From: Octopus sinensis
Taxonomy: Eukaryota
Assembly (NCBI RefSeq): GCF_006345805.1
Contig: NC_043004.1
Span: forward strand, 90,334,001-90,398,000
DNA length: 64,000 bases
Direction of reading: 5' to 3'
The translations under genes and the position numbers were made by a program. A model generated the notes under the pieces. It made no database searches. It was not told where the DNA came from and saw only the letters and a program-made list of their open reading frames with translations. This document shows, piece by piece, positions 53,095 through 64,000 of the stretch. Each line of letters starts with the position of its first letter. Positions within the stretch are counted from its first letter, which is position 1.

Positions 53095-54574
53095 GGTATT
53101 AAAAAAGGTCAACTAAGTCCTTGTAAGACCCACAATCCCACATTAGAATATCTTCACTGGTGCTACTACTCCTGCTGTGGACATATCCAAGACCACTTCT
53201 TAGCTGATATCATCTGATTGACGCAACAAGACATACAACCAGTAGCTTGCAAACACCCTGCTGTTTCTTTCTACTTCTTATACTATGGTATCTTCTATAG
53301 TGTCGACCCGAAACACTCTATCCTGGTCCACCCAACCCACTTATCTCTTCTTTTTTGCCCCCACTTTGTCATCCTGACTGTGTCTTTCCTCCTACACTCG
53401 CTCATTAAAAATCATATTTACCCAGTCCTCAGAAATGATGCCTTTTAGGATTTTTCCCACCCCTTGGTTTTCTTGTGGACATGGACCTTCAGGCATTAAA
53501 GATGGACATCAGCCATACCACAATGCTAACCTCACCAGTATAGACTGACTTTTTTAAAAAAAAAACAAAAAAGAAAATTAATAAAGCTATGTAGTAGGTT
53601 AGCTAAACAGTTTACAGATTATTAAATGAGTGTCTTAGGATTTATTGTCGAACTTTACACTGAAAATATTTATGAGTTTGAGTGCCTGTGTGCAAGGCAT
53701 GGTTTCTATATATACTTATGCATTACACATTCTCAAACACACAATGCATACACACTTATTTACACAAGTGTGCACATGCACAGACATATGCACACACAGA
53801 TACTCTCTCTCTTCTTCTTTCTCCCTCTTTTTCTCTCTTCTTCTTTCTCTCTCTCTCATGAACGCTCACACATGCATAGAGGTGGGAGTGAACATTCCTT
53901 CTCTGAAGGAATATCTGCCTTTCATCACAGTTTAATGATCTTTGACCTTGTCTTGACAGCAGTGAAAATATAAGTGACGAAGTAAATAGCAGGAAGGAAA
54001 AGATAAACTTAAGAAACAACTCTTTGTAAACTGGAAATTCAGAGGAGGCGAGCTGTTGATGTTAATTTCATACCAGTAATATACTGAGCTCCTCAGTTAT
54101 TGCAGTCATTGTTGTTCTCATTGTTGCTGTTCACCCTTTTGGCTTTATCACTAGCTGTTTCTTGGCTTATACATATTTTCTCCGTTTTGGCCTCCACATA
54201 AACTTTGCCAACTGGGGAAAATCATTGTGAACACAAAGTACCTTCAACCTCTGTACAAACTGTGTTGGGGGTTTTTCATTATAACCTTTTATGGACTGAG
54301 TTGAAATTCTTTTGAAATGTAGCACAGGCATCATTTACATGGAAGCAAAATTTCTCACACCAGAGCTGTACTACTTCTGTGATCGCAGACCTCAAAAACA
54401 ACCTCTCATAAGGACACAACAACTCTATCTCCTTCAACAATATTGCACTATCACTAAATTACTACAGGTATCAATAAAAAAAAAAAGCCTTGTCTTACAC
54501 CTTCTGTATATATAAACAACACATAATTAACACTCCTCAAAGTTAATACAAATGTTAAAATTCAAATTCTCTAT

Positions 54575-54607
<33 letters not shown>

Positions 54608-54609
<2 letters not shown>

Positions 54610-54895
54610 TGATCGTTACCAGCTTCACCTTACTGGCACTTGTGCAGGTGGCATGTAAAAAAACAGCATTTGAGTGTGGTTGTTGCCAGTACCGCCTGAC
54701 TGGCCCTCATGCCGGTGGCATGTAAAAGCACCCACTACACTCTCGAAGTGGTTGGCGTTAGGAAGAGCATCCAGCTGTAGAAACTCTGCCAGATCAAGAT
54801 TGGAGCCTGGTGCAACCATCTGGTTCACCAGTCCCAGTCACATCGTCCAACCCATGCTAGCATGGAAAGTGGACGTTAAACGATGATGATGATGA
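54608..54895 (+). mobile_element. Family C element
   Basis: Family C motifs. Confidence 0.8.
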
Positions 54896-56800
54896 TATGT
54901 ATGTGTGTATAACATTCTCAGTATTGTATCTTGATGATTATGCTTTTGCTCATGTCAGTTGCTAAAACTGTAACCCAAATTGGTGTATTGCTAACATAGC
55001 TGGGTTATTGCTATTGCTACAATAATTCTAAACGCATGTTGCAATAGTGTTCACTTATCTAGGACTGCAATTGCAGCAAAAATATTTTAGACCCTCATTA
55101 CAGTACTTGTTCACATATCTGGGGACAATGTCATTGATATTCGTAAACAGTTAGAGTATACTTTATGCCATCTTCATATCTGGGACATTGTTGTGGCTAC
55201 ACACACACACACACATGCATACAAACAGCCTTACCTCACATTAGATATTTCTAAGACAATGCTTCTGTTACATTGACAAACATGAAAGGCCATTCAAGTG
55301 CAAGGAGTCAATCATCAGTACTAACATATTTACTGTTTCTTCTTTCTGACTTGTTTATTTGCACATGTGTTGGCTTTCACCTGGAGTGATTGAGCTGGTT
55401 TCAAACAGTGAATCCATAGCAATGTAAACTGAAGCTAACCCCATCCAGTGAACATAGACTTTTCTGCCCCTTCTCTCTGAATTAGCTCACTATATGAACA
55501 TCTTTACCTTAGTTCACACAGTGCATCTGCTTCACACTTTCTTGTCCGTCTTACTGTATCAGTGTCATGCAGTAGGAAACTAAAACACTTTGCTTAATTA
55601 TATTCCCACTTTAGAACTTAATACTTTTCCAAGTACTAGTAACTCAAGTACTTGACTGTAGCTCCCCTCACAAAATCTGTGTATTGATTGTTATGGTAGA
55701 ATTGGTTGAGCATCAGATAAAAAGGTAAAGTAATACTTAGTTACTTCCTTCTTACATCCTAAATTTAAAATCGAAAACCCTTTTGATATCAACCTACCTG
55801 AAATAACCCAAGGTTCAATGACATAAGCTTCCTGCTTCAAAGTAATCTAAATTAAAATTCCCATCAAAATTTCATGCTAATGTTTCATACATCAGGTTAA
55901 TAATGAAAAGTTTACACTATAGTTTTCATTATGTTCAAAATTAATTGAAACAAAAGCAGGGTATTTCAACAGAAATATCTTTTATCTTTTAATTGTTTCA
56001 ACAATTGAACTATGGCCATGCTGGTGCACCACTGTGAAGGGCTTTAGTTGAATGAATTGACCCCATTGTTATTTTTTTTGTTTGTCTTATTCTATTGGCC
56101 TCTTATCCTGAACTGGTGTGGGAGGGACAAACACAGCTTCTACCAAATTCACTTGTAGGGCTTGGTTGGCCTATGACTGTGGTAGAAGGCACTGGCCCAA
56201 CATACTGCACAGTGGGACTGAACCCAAAACCTGATTGCAAAGTGGACTTCTTAACCATGGTAATCAAAAGGTTAAATTTTGCTGAATTAGACTTTGCTAT
56301 TCACACCCGTCTAGAGTAGTGAGGCATGAGAAAATTGTGGTGGATCATGGGGTCCCCAATTTTTTTTTTTTTTAGTGAGTCATGGAATTGTGAAGCAAAC
56401 ATAACACTGCACCTATACTGTGTGAAGGCTACAGTATAACGCCATTCTAATGCCCTGGTGTGGATATTTCTTTAACAATATTTCATCAATGAGGCATACA
56501 TTTTTCTGGAAAGTTATAGTGGAGTCTTGGGGAGAATAGGTTGGGAAACACTGTAGTAGAGTTAGTATAATAAATAAATACTAGTCATATACTGGATTCA
56601 GTTTAATTCTCTACATGCTTCTCTACATAATGGTGTCACCTTGTACCTATGTGAGAAACTATGACTAGTGAGATGAGATGGGTATGTGGTAGAGACTATC
56701 TTTTGAAGCCTAATTTCCTGAGATTTATCCTGAGCTTTTCTGGCCCCCTACACTTAACAGGTATGACCTTTTATAATAACTTTTTTCTTCGAAACTAAAC

Positions 56801-57050
56801 ATCATCATCATCATCATTTAGCGTCCGCTTTCCATGCTAGCATGGGTTGGACGGTTCAACTGGGGTCTGGGAAGCCAGAAGGCTGCACCAGACCCAGTCT
56901 GATCTGGCAATGTTTCTACGGCTGGATGCCCTTCCTAACGCCAACCACTCCGTGAGTGTAGTGGGTGCTTTTTACGTGCCACCGGCACAGGTGCCAGGCG
57001 AGGTTGGCAAATGGCCATGATCGGATGGTGCTTTTTACGTGCCACCGGCA
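56801..57050 (-). mobile_element. Family C element
   Basis: Family C motifs. Confidence 0.85.
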
Positions 57051-57548
57051 ATACCAGAGAACATTGAAGACATTAATGCAATTGTGCATTACAAACATCA
57101 GAATAGGAAAGATTTCAGTTGAATATTATTGATTATTATTATTGTTGTTGTTACTACTGGAGACATTACGAGTCATTTGATACTTGGGCATACCAAAAGC
57201 AAGTTTTTATCTTGCATAGGTATATGTGCCTGCATTTATGTGTACCTGTGTGTAATCTACTTTCAAGATTTGTTTGTTTATCTTTTTATTTGTTCACTCC
57301 TTTATATATTTTATTCTTCATATAGCAGCAAAGTCTGCTATTTTAGTATCCTTTTTGAAGTTCTAATCCGATCTGAAGTCTAAAATTAGCTTCCCCAATA
57401 CAGAATAGGCTCAGCTTTCTTTTCAGGTAACATTTTAGAGGTGTTTCCTGTCACCACCACCACCACCACCACCACCACCTTCTTCCTGTCTGTCTGTCTT
57501 TACCTACTTTCTGGCTTGCTGTGTTTCATTCCATCCACCTCCTCTTTC

Positions 57549-57583
<35 letters not shown>

Positions 57584-57791
57584 ATGTGCATTTTCTCACT
57601 AATATGTGTGTCATTCTAACTCTATCATAATATACTGTGTAGCTTCCCTCTCCTGGGGCAATTTTTCTTGTAATTTACTATATTTAAAACCTTATCTTTC
57701 ATATGATAACTTTGCCAAAATGTTTTACAAATCCATTGCTGTCTTACTTTCCTCAGTGTTCTCTTGAAAATGCCCTCTTGTCACTCGAAGC

Positions 57792-57827
<36 letters not shown>

Positions 57828-59880
57828 GGCAGCAAGCTGGTAGAACTGTGAGTTGGAGAAAACATTGTGCAATATTTGCTCTTGCTCTTTACATTCCGAG
57901 TTCAAATTCCATCAAGATTGTCTTTGCCTTTCATCCCCCCAGGATTGATAAAATAAAGTACCAGTCAAGTACTGGGGATGATGCAATTGGCTAACCCCAT
58001 CCTTAAAATTGCTGGCCTTGTGCTGCTGCTGTTGTTGTTGTTGTTATCATTGAGTGAGAGAGCAGTGCATGCCATCAAAGTGACACTGGTATAAAATATA
58101 CAAAACCCAGTATACTCTTCATGACTGTCTGCCTGATAAGGGTACACCAAGCACATGCATCACAGCCATATATGCGCAACATGATGGTCTCATATCAAGA
58201 CAAGCAGTGCATGACCTTGCAGATGGGACCCAGTTAGAATTTTCTTCAGGTTAAGTAGCTCATCTTGCTGGAAAGGTCTCTGAATAAGGGTTGCTTAAAG
58301 ATGTTGAATGAAACGCCCATGTTTCCTGAGGTGAATTATTCAAACGCCAAAAAATTCCTCTCAACACATGGCTATGATGCTCCTCCACTACTTCTGCTTG
58401 TGATCAGAGATGCACATATTGTCAGCCACCAAGGGACATGCTCAACTGGTGAAGGTCAAGCAAATGACAAGCAGATTTGTAGTATTGAACAGAATATTTG
58501 CTGTAGCCCATCTAGGATGACTTTGCCTTTCATCCTTTTGGGGTCAATAAAACAAGTATCAGTTAAGTACTGGGGGTCAATGTAATCTATTCTCCTCCCC
58601 AAAATTTCAGGCCTTGTGCTTAATTTAGAAAGGATTATTATTAAAGGCAGTGAGCTGGCAGAATGGTGAGCATGCCAGGCAAAATGCTTAGCAGTATTTC
58701 GCCTGTCTTTACATTCTGAGTTGAAATTCTGCCGAGGTTGACTTTGCCATTCATCCTTTTGGGGTCGATAAATTAAGTACCAGTTGAACATGGGGATCAG
58801 TGTAATTGACTATCCCTGTTCAAAATTTCAGGCTATGTGTCTATAATAGAAAGGATTATTATTATTAAGGGTAGCAAGCAGGCCAGGTCATTGAAGCATC
58901 TCAAAAATAGAAATATTCCTTACTGTATTTCTTCTGATTTTACGTTCCTTGTTCAAATCCAACAAAGATCAGCTTCACCTTTCATCCTCTTGGGGCCATT
59001 AAGATAAAGTACCTATCAAGTACTAGGGGTTTTGTGCCTTGTTTTTAAATCAGAAGTACTTGTTAAGTTGAAGGGCTAAAAGAATCTTACATTCAAAATT
59101 AAAATTCCATTAGAATTGACCTTTTGCACATTGTACTTCTGGGATCGTTAACAAAAAGTACAAGTTGAGTACTAAAGTCAATTTAATCAGCTCTACGTCT
59201 CCCACCAAATATTTAGTTTTTGTGCCCAAATTAGAAATTAATTGCTAGAATCATTAGAGCATGAAACAAAATACTTTGCTGTATTTGTTCCAATTCTTTA
59301 AGTTATGAATTCAAATCTGAATGAAGTGAACTTTGCCTTCCTCCTCCTGGCTTCGATATATTTTGTGGTTGCTAAATCCAATTAAACTCTTCCCTTCTTC
59401 ACCACTGGCCTTGTACCCATGTTAGAGATTATTATTATTATTACGAGGGTAGTGAGCTGGCAGAATTCTGCATATGTTTCTGGTTCTTGATGTTCTAAGT
59501 TCAAATTCTACAGAGGTCAGTTTTGCCTCTCGTCTTTTTGCCCTCAATAAAATAATGTACCAGCTAAGAACTGGGGTTGATGTCACTGACTAATCACCAT
59601 TTCCCTAAAATTGCTGGTCATTTGTCAAAATTTGAAATAATAGTTGAAAAAAATTATAGCAACAATCCTTTCTGCTGTTGGTACAAGGCTTGAAATTTTG
59701 TGGGTGGGAAGGAATTGATTACACCAACACTTGTATTCAACTGATAGTTATTTTATCTACCCTGAAAGGATAAAAGGTAAAGTTGACCGTGGTGGAAATT
59801 GAACTCAAAACATGACGAATGAAATGCCCCTAAGCATTTTGTCTGGCATGCTAACAATGCTGCCAGCTCTAATTATTATT
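57828..59880 (+). repeat. Cluster of old family-B-like SINEs, mostly head-to-tail, separated by (ATT)n tails
   Basis: Repeated gagttcaaatt..gtcaactttgcctttcatcc..ataaagtacc motifs; similar clusters at about 28300-29300, 38560-39480 and 49900-50450. Confidence 0.7.
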
Positions 59881-59887
59881 ATAAAGT

Positions 59888-60600
59888 GGCGGCGAGCTGG
59901 CAGAATTGTTAGCACACTGGTCAAAATACTTAATGATATTTCTTCCATTATAAGGTGGCAAGCTGGCAGAAACATTAGCGCACCGGGTGAAATGCTTACC
60001 GGTATTTCATAGGCGGCGAGCTGGCAGAAACGTTAGCACGCTGGGCGAAATGCTTAGCGGTATTTCGTCTGCGTTACGTTGTGAGTTCAAATTCCGCCGA
60101 GGTCGACTTTGCCTTTCATCCTTTCGGGGTCGATAAATTAAGTACCAGTTACGCACTGGGGTCGATGTAATCGACTTAATACCTATGTCTGTCCTTGTTT
60201 GTCCCCTCTGTGTTTAGCCCCTTGTGGGTAATAAAGAAATAGGTATTTCATCTGCCATTACATTCTGAGTTCAAATTCCGCCGAGGTCGACTTTGCCTTT
60301 CATCCTTTCGGGGTTGGTTAAATAAGTACCAGTTACGCATTGGGGTCGATATAATCGACTTAATCCGTTTATCTGTCCTTGTTTGTCCTCTCTGTGTTTA
60401 GCCCCTTGTGGGTAGTAAAGAAATAGATATTTCTTCCATTTTCACATTGAGTTCAAATTCCACTGAGGTCAACTTTGCTTTTCATCCTTTCGAGGTAAAT
60501 GAAATAAGTACCAATTGAACACTAAGGTTGCTGTAATCAACTAATCCCCTCCCTCAAAATTTCAGTTTCTGTGCCTGTAGTAGAAAGGATAATTATTATT
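59888..60600 (+). mobile_element. Three nested SINE family B copies
   Basis: TSD gatatttcttccatt (59935-59949/60426-60440) and TSD ggtatttcat (60001-60010/60242-60251). Confidence 0.9.
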
Positions 60601-60752
60601 AACGAGCTTGACACAGTTGTTTATGATGGATAGAATACTTTTTAGTAATTAAGTTAGTTGCCTTCTGTGTTTTGAGTTCAAATCCTGCTAGTGGTCTCAT
60701 CTTTCACTTTTCTCCTGAATTTGATAAATTTATTACTAGTTAAGCACTGTGA

Positions 60753-61082
60753 AGGTGCATGGCTCAATGGTTAGAGCGTCGAGCTTACGATCGTGAGGTT
60801 GTGAGTTCGAATCCCGGACTGGGCTGCACGTTATGTTCTTGAGCAAGACACTTTATTTCACGTTGCTCCAATTCACTCAGCTGTAGAAATGAGTTGTGAC
60901 ATCACAGGTGCCAAGCTGTATCGGCCCCTTTGCCTTTCCCTTGGATAACACTGGTGGTGTGGAGAAGGGAGGCCAGTATGCATGGGCGACTGCTGGTCTT
61001 CCATAAACAAACTTGCCCGGACTTGTGTCTGGGAGGGTAACTTTCTAGGTGCAATCCACCAAATGAGGGGTGGGGGTCTCAA
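60753..61082 (+). mobile_element. tRNA-derived SINE of a fourth family, 12-bp TSD
   Basis: A-box TGGCTCAATGGTTAGAGCG, B-box GTTCGAATCC, ttcttgagcaagacactt core; TSD taagcactgtga at 60741-60752 and 61083-61094. Confidence 0.85.
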
Positions 61083-61776
61083 TAAGCACTGTGATCATTT
61101 ATGGTGACATGGTGACAGTAAGAAACTATTGCTAGAAGTAGTGGAGTATTTAGCTGGACTAAATACCTTACAGTTTTCATTCAATATTTTGAGTCAAATG
61201 CTATCTGGGATGACTTCACTACCCAGGATTTACTAAAAAGAATGTGCCTGTTACATATTGAAGTTCAGTTCAGATTGACTATTCTCACAATATTGTGACC
61301 CTCTGTTAATGAAAGAACTAGTTAAGTTTGGAATTTCTCTCTTTGTGTTCAAATCCCACAATGGTCAACATTGCCTTTCATCCTTTTGGAGTCAGTTATA
61401 GTACTAGATTAGAGCAGTGAATGATGACAACGTTAGTATCAGCTGAAACGCCGTGTGGATGATATCAGTTCCCGCTACTTTGTTAAGTACTGCTTCTCTC
61501 AATACAATCATCCTTACAATCGCTATACAATAACAGCTGACATATGTCGGTTGAATTCTCCAACCTTGAGAGAGGAAGAGTAACAAAAAAAAAAAAAAAA
61601 AACACAGATACACAAGAGGTGCTGGATGTTGGAGAGAAATAATCATTGTGACAGAGTGACTAAATGGCAGTAGTGCGGCACAATTCTATTTTGCTGAGAC
61701 ATTTACTCAGTGATTTAAAAAATTTTTAAACACTACTTCAGGAAGTACAGCGAAATCTACACTGCTGATGAAGTCA

Positions 61777-62150
61777 TCTCTCTATATATAAACGGCAGCT
61801 TGTCTGTGCGTGTTTCTGTGTGTCTGTTTGCTTGTACCCTCACCCTGACCACGGCTTTCAACCGATTCTGATGAAACTTGACACACACATAGCCCAATGT
61901 CATAATTCAAAACTAACGCAGCCAAAATTTTGAAAAGTTCCCCCAGTTCTGAAAAAAATCGATAAATTCGACATGGGGTCGAGAATCAGAAACACAAACC
62001 ACAAACTGTCTAGGGGACGCAACTCCACCTTTTTTAACTCTCAAAAAAATTTACCATCATTTTTTCCCATTTTTTTTGCTATTTTTTGGCTAAAAATGCT
62101 TTATAGTTATTTCCCTTACAAACTTGAGCAACGCCGGGCGATACTGCTAG
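61777..62150 (+). mobile_element. Non-autonomous Helitron (copy of 4602-4984)
   Basis: A|TC...CTAG|T, same body and hairpin. Confidence 0.9.
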
Positions 62151-62904
62151 TAATTAGATAAAAACATTCCGGGGGTTGTCTCCTATACTCTATCTAATAG
62201 AACGTTTGCCATTGACGATCATTGTGACTAATATTGTTTTTATTTTCCTCCACCACAAAATTATTCCTTGTTAGCCTTTTAATGCTCAATGCATTAAACA
62301 TGTTAACACTAATGAAATAACAAGGAGTTCTCATTGACGATGTTTTATTATCGACCTCCTCTCTTCCCCCTTGCTCGCTGGAAGGTGTAAAGGGATGTAA
62401 CTAAACACCATAATGCTCTTTATCCATCACTCTACTCGGTATACCACTATTCCACCACCACCGCTGCTACCGGCGCCACCACCACCATCGTCTTATAATT
62501 AACAAATCACTAAGCACTACTAATGATGGCATCAACCTTGTTCCTGATTTCTTCAGATCTTTCTTTCGTGATTTTGGTAATGAGATAGTCGGTGGGACTA
62601 ATTCTAAGGGCCTTCTTGCAACACTTGGTTCTCTCTCTGTAATGTTCGATTGGACTCTTTTTTCTCCGATTAAGTGATGAGTTAATAAATGACACCACTC
62701 AGATCCCACCCCCCCAAAACCCCTCCATCTTTCATCTCATATATATATATATATATATATTGTATAGAGGGCATTATTACACATAAATGCCACACGCTAA
62801 GAGGGACATAAGTCATTACTACCCAAATTTAACTAATCATTAAGATTCCTTATTAAGATTTTATCCTTAATTGTTAAATATATATATATATATATATATA
62901 GTAC

Positions 62905-62935
<31 letters not shown>

Positions 62936-63208
62936 CATGTACGTGTATTTATACGCACTCCTCTATTATCCGTCTTTCGTTTCCTCAATCTCTCTCTTCC
63001 CGAAATATGCTTCTATCATTTCTAAACTCCCCACCATTTGTATTTTATCTGATCCTAGAAGGTAACACACACCGTGACTTCTTCTATGTTAAATGTTCAA
63101 ATACAGATGTAATACTACTATCACTCACTACATTTCGTTTGTTCTGTCTTTACATTCCTTCTTCCCTTTCTCTTTTAATCTGACCTGGATTTTCATTTTT
63201 ACTTCTAT

Positions 63209-63243
<35 letters not shown>

Positions 63244-63731
63244 GTAATATAATTCATCTCCCCCCGTCTCGCCCTCCACTCTCTTCATTTCCTTCCAAAC
63301 ACCATTGGCCAAATGAAGGAATGTAGTAGTAGTCGTCACTGCAGCTGCTTTCTTTATCGGGAGAGATGTGTTATCGCAACAACATCGCTATCTCTTCTCA
63401 CAATCACTACAACTCCGTACCTTCTCCCATGATATACGTACATACATATTTACACACACTCACACACACACACACACTAGCGCGCGCATCTAGATATCAT
63501 ATGTAACAGCCTTTTTATTGAAATCTTTAACAACACCCCCCCCTACACACACAGATTGATAAGGAAGCACTTGATTCCGTGATCAAGGAAGTAAAACTCT
63601 AAAGCGACTTCAATACTCGACATATTGACGAATATAGACCGGATAATTCTATTTTAACATATCTATTTGTTTTAATAAAGGAGCTATAGTTTCACCATAT
63701 GATATAGTTCTTCACACACACACTCACACAG

Positions 63732-63990
63732 CTGTATGGTAAGAAGTTTGCATCCTAACCACATGGTTCCGGGTTCAGTCCCTCTGCGTGGTACCTTGGG
63801 CAACTGTCTACTATAGCCTCGGGCCGACCAAAGCCTTTATGAGTGGATTTGGTAGACGGAAACTGAAAGAAGCCCGTCCTGTGTGTGTTTACGTGTCCAT
63901 CGCCGCTTGACCACCGGTGTTGGTTTCTTTACGTCCCCGTTATTTAACGGTTCGGCATAAGAGTCCGGTAGAATTATTATTATCAAGTCG
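63732..63990 (+). mobile_element. SINE family A
   Basis: Family A head and body near the window end. Confidence 0.85.
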
Positions 63991-64000
63991 AGTCGTTCGA

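Noticed and set aside
58380-58510. Possible HDV-like ribozyme on the minus strand of a repeat-like element
   Set aside because: I could form P1- and P2-like pairings but not a consistent P3/P1.1 nested pseudoknot.
60753-60825. tRNA-like sequence with A and B boxes
   Set aside because: No proper acceptor stem; it continues into a SINE body flanked by a 12-bp TSD.
61418-61456. Degenerate hammerhead-like words (atgatga...ctgaaacg)
   Set aside because: Core and helices too decayed to support a call.

Overview
This is AT-rich, intron-like eukaryotic DNA packed with microsatellites and short repeats. The tRNA-derived SINE families resemble those I recall from octopus/coleoid cephalopod genomes (taxon inferred, not verified). 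The only good host-gene signal is a CpG-rich promoter-like zone with a first coding exon on + (9916-10074, product not recognised), followed by what looks like one very long intron with a few candidate micro/cassette exons. The rest is mobile DNA: three young SINE families, non-autonomous Helitrons plus a decayed Helitron helicase, TTAA-, hAT- and 8-bp-TSD MITEs, a decayed Tc1, a decayed DDD (Sola-like) transposase, and RTE and CR1/L2 LINE fragments. Highlights: (1) a ~360-bp retrozyme/Penelope-like unit with a type I hammerhead on a long stem (42382-42855); (2) an intact 418-codon in-frame fusion of an RTE reverse transcriptase to the C-terminal half of a mariner transposase; (3) a pair of paralogous VD(L/I)FK microexon candidates; (4) a triple-nested SINE inserted into its own family at the same position. 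Most ORFs in the supplied track are microsatellite or SINE artefacts. Repeat boundaries were read by eye (about +/-10 bp).
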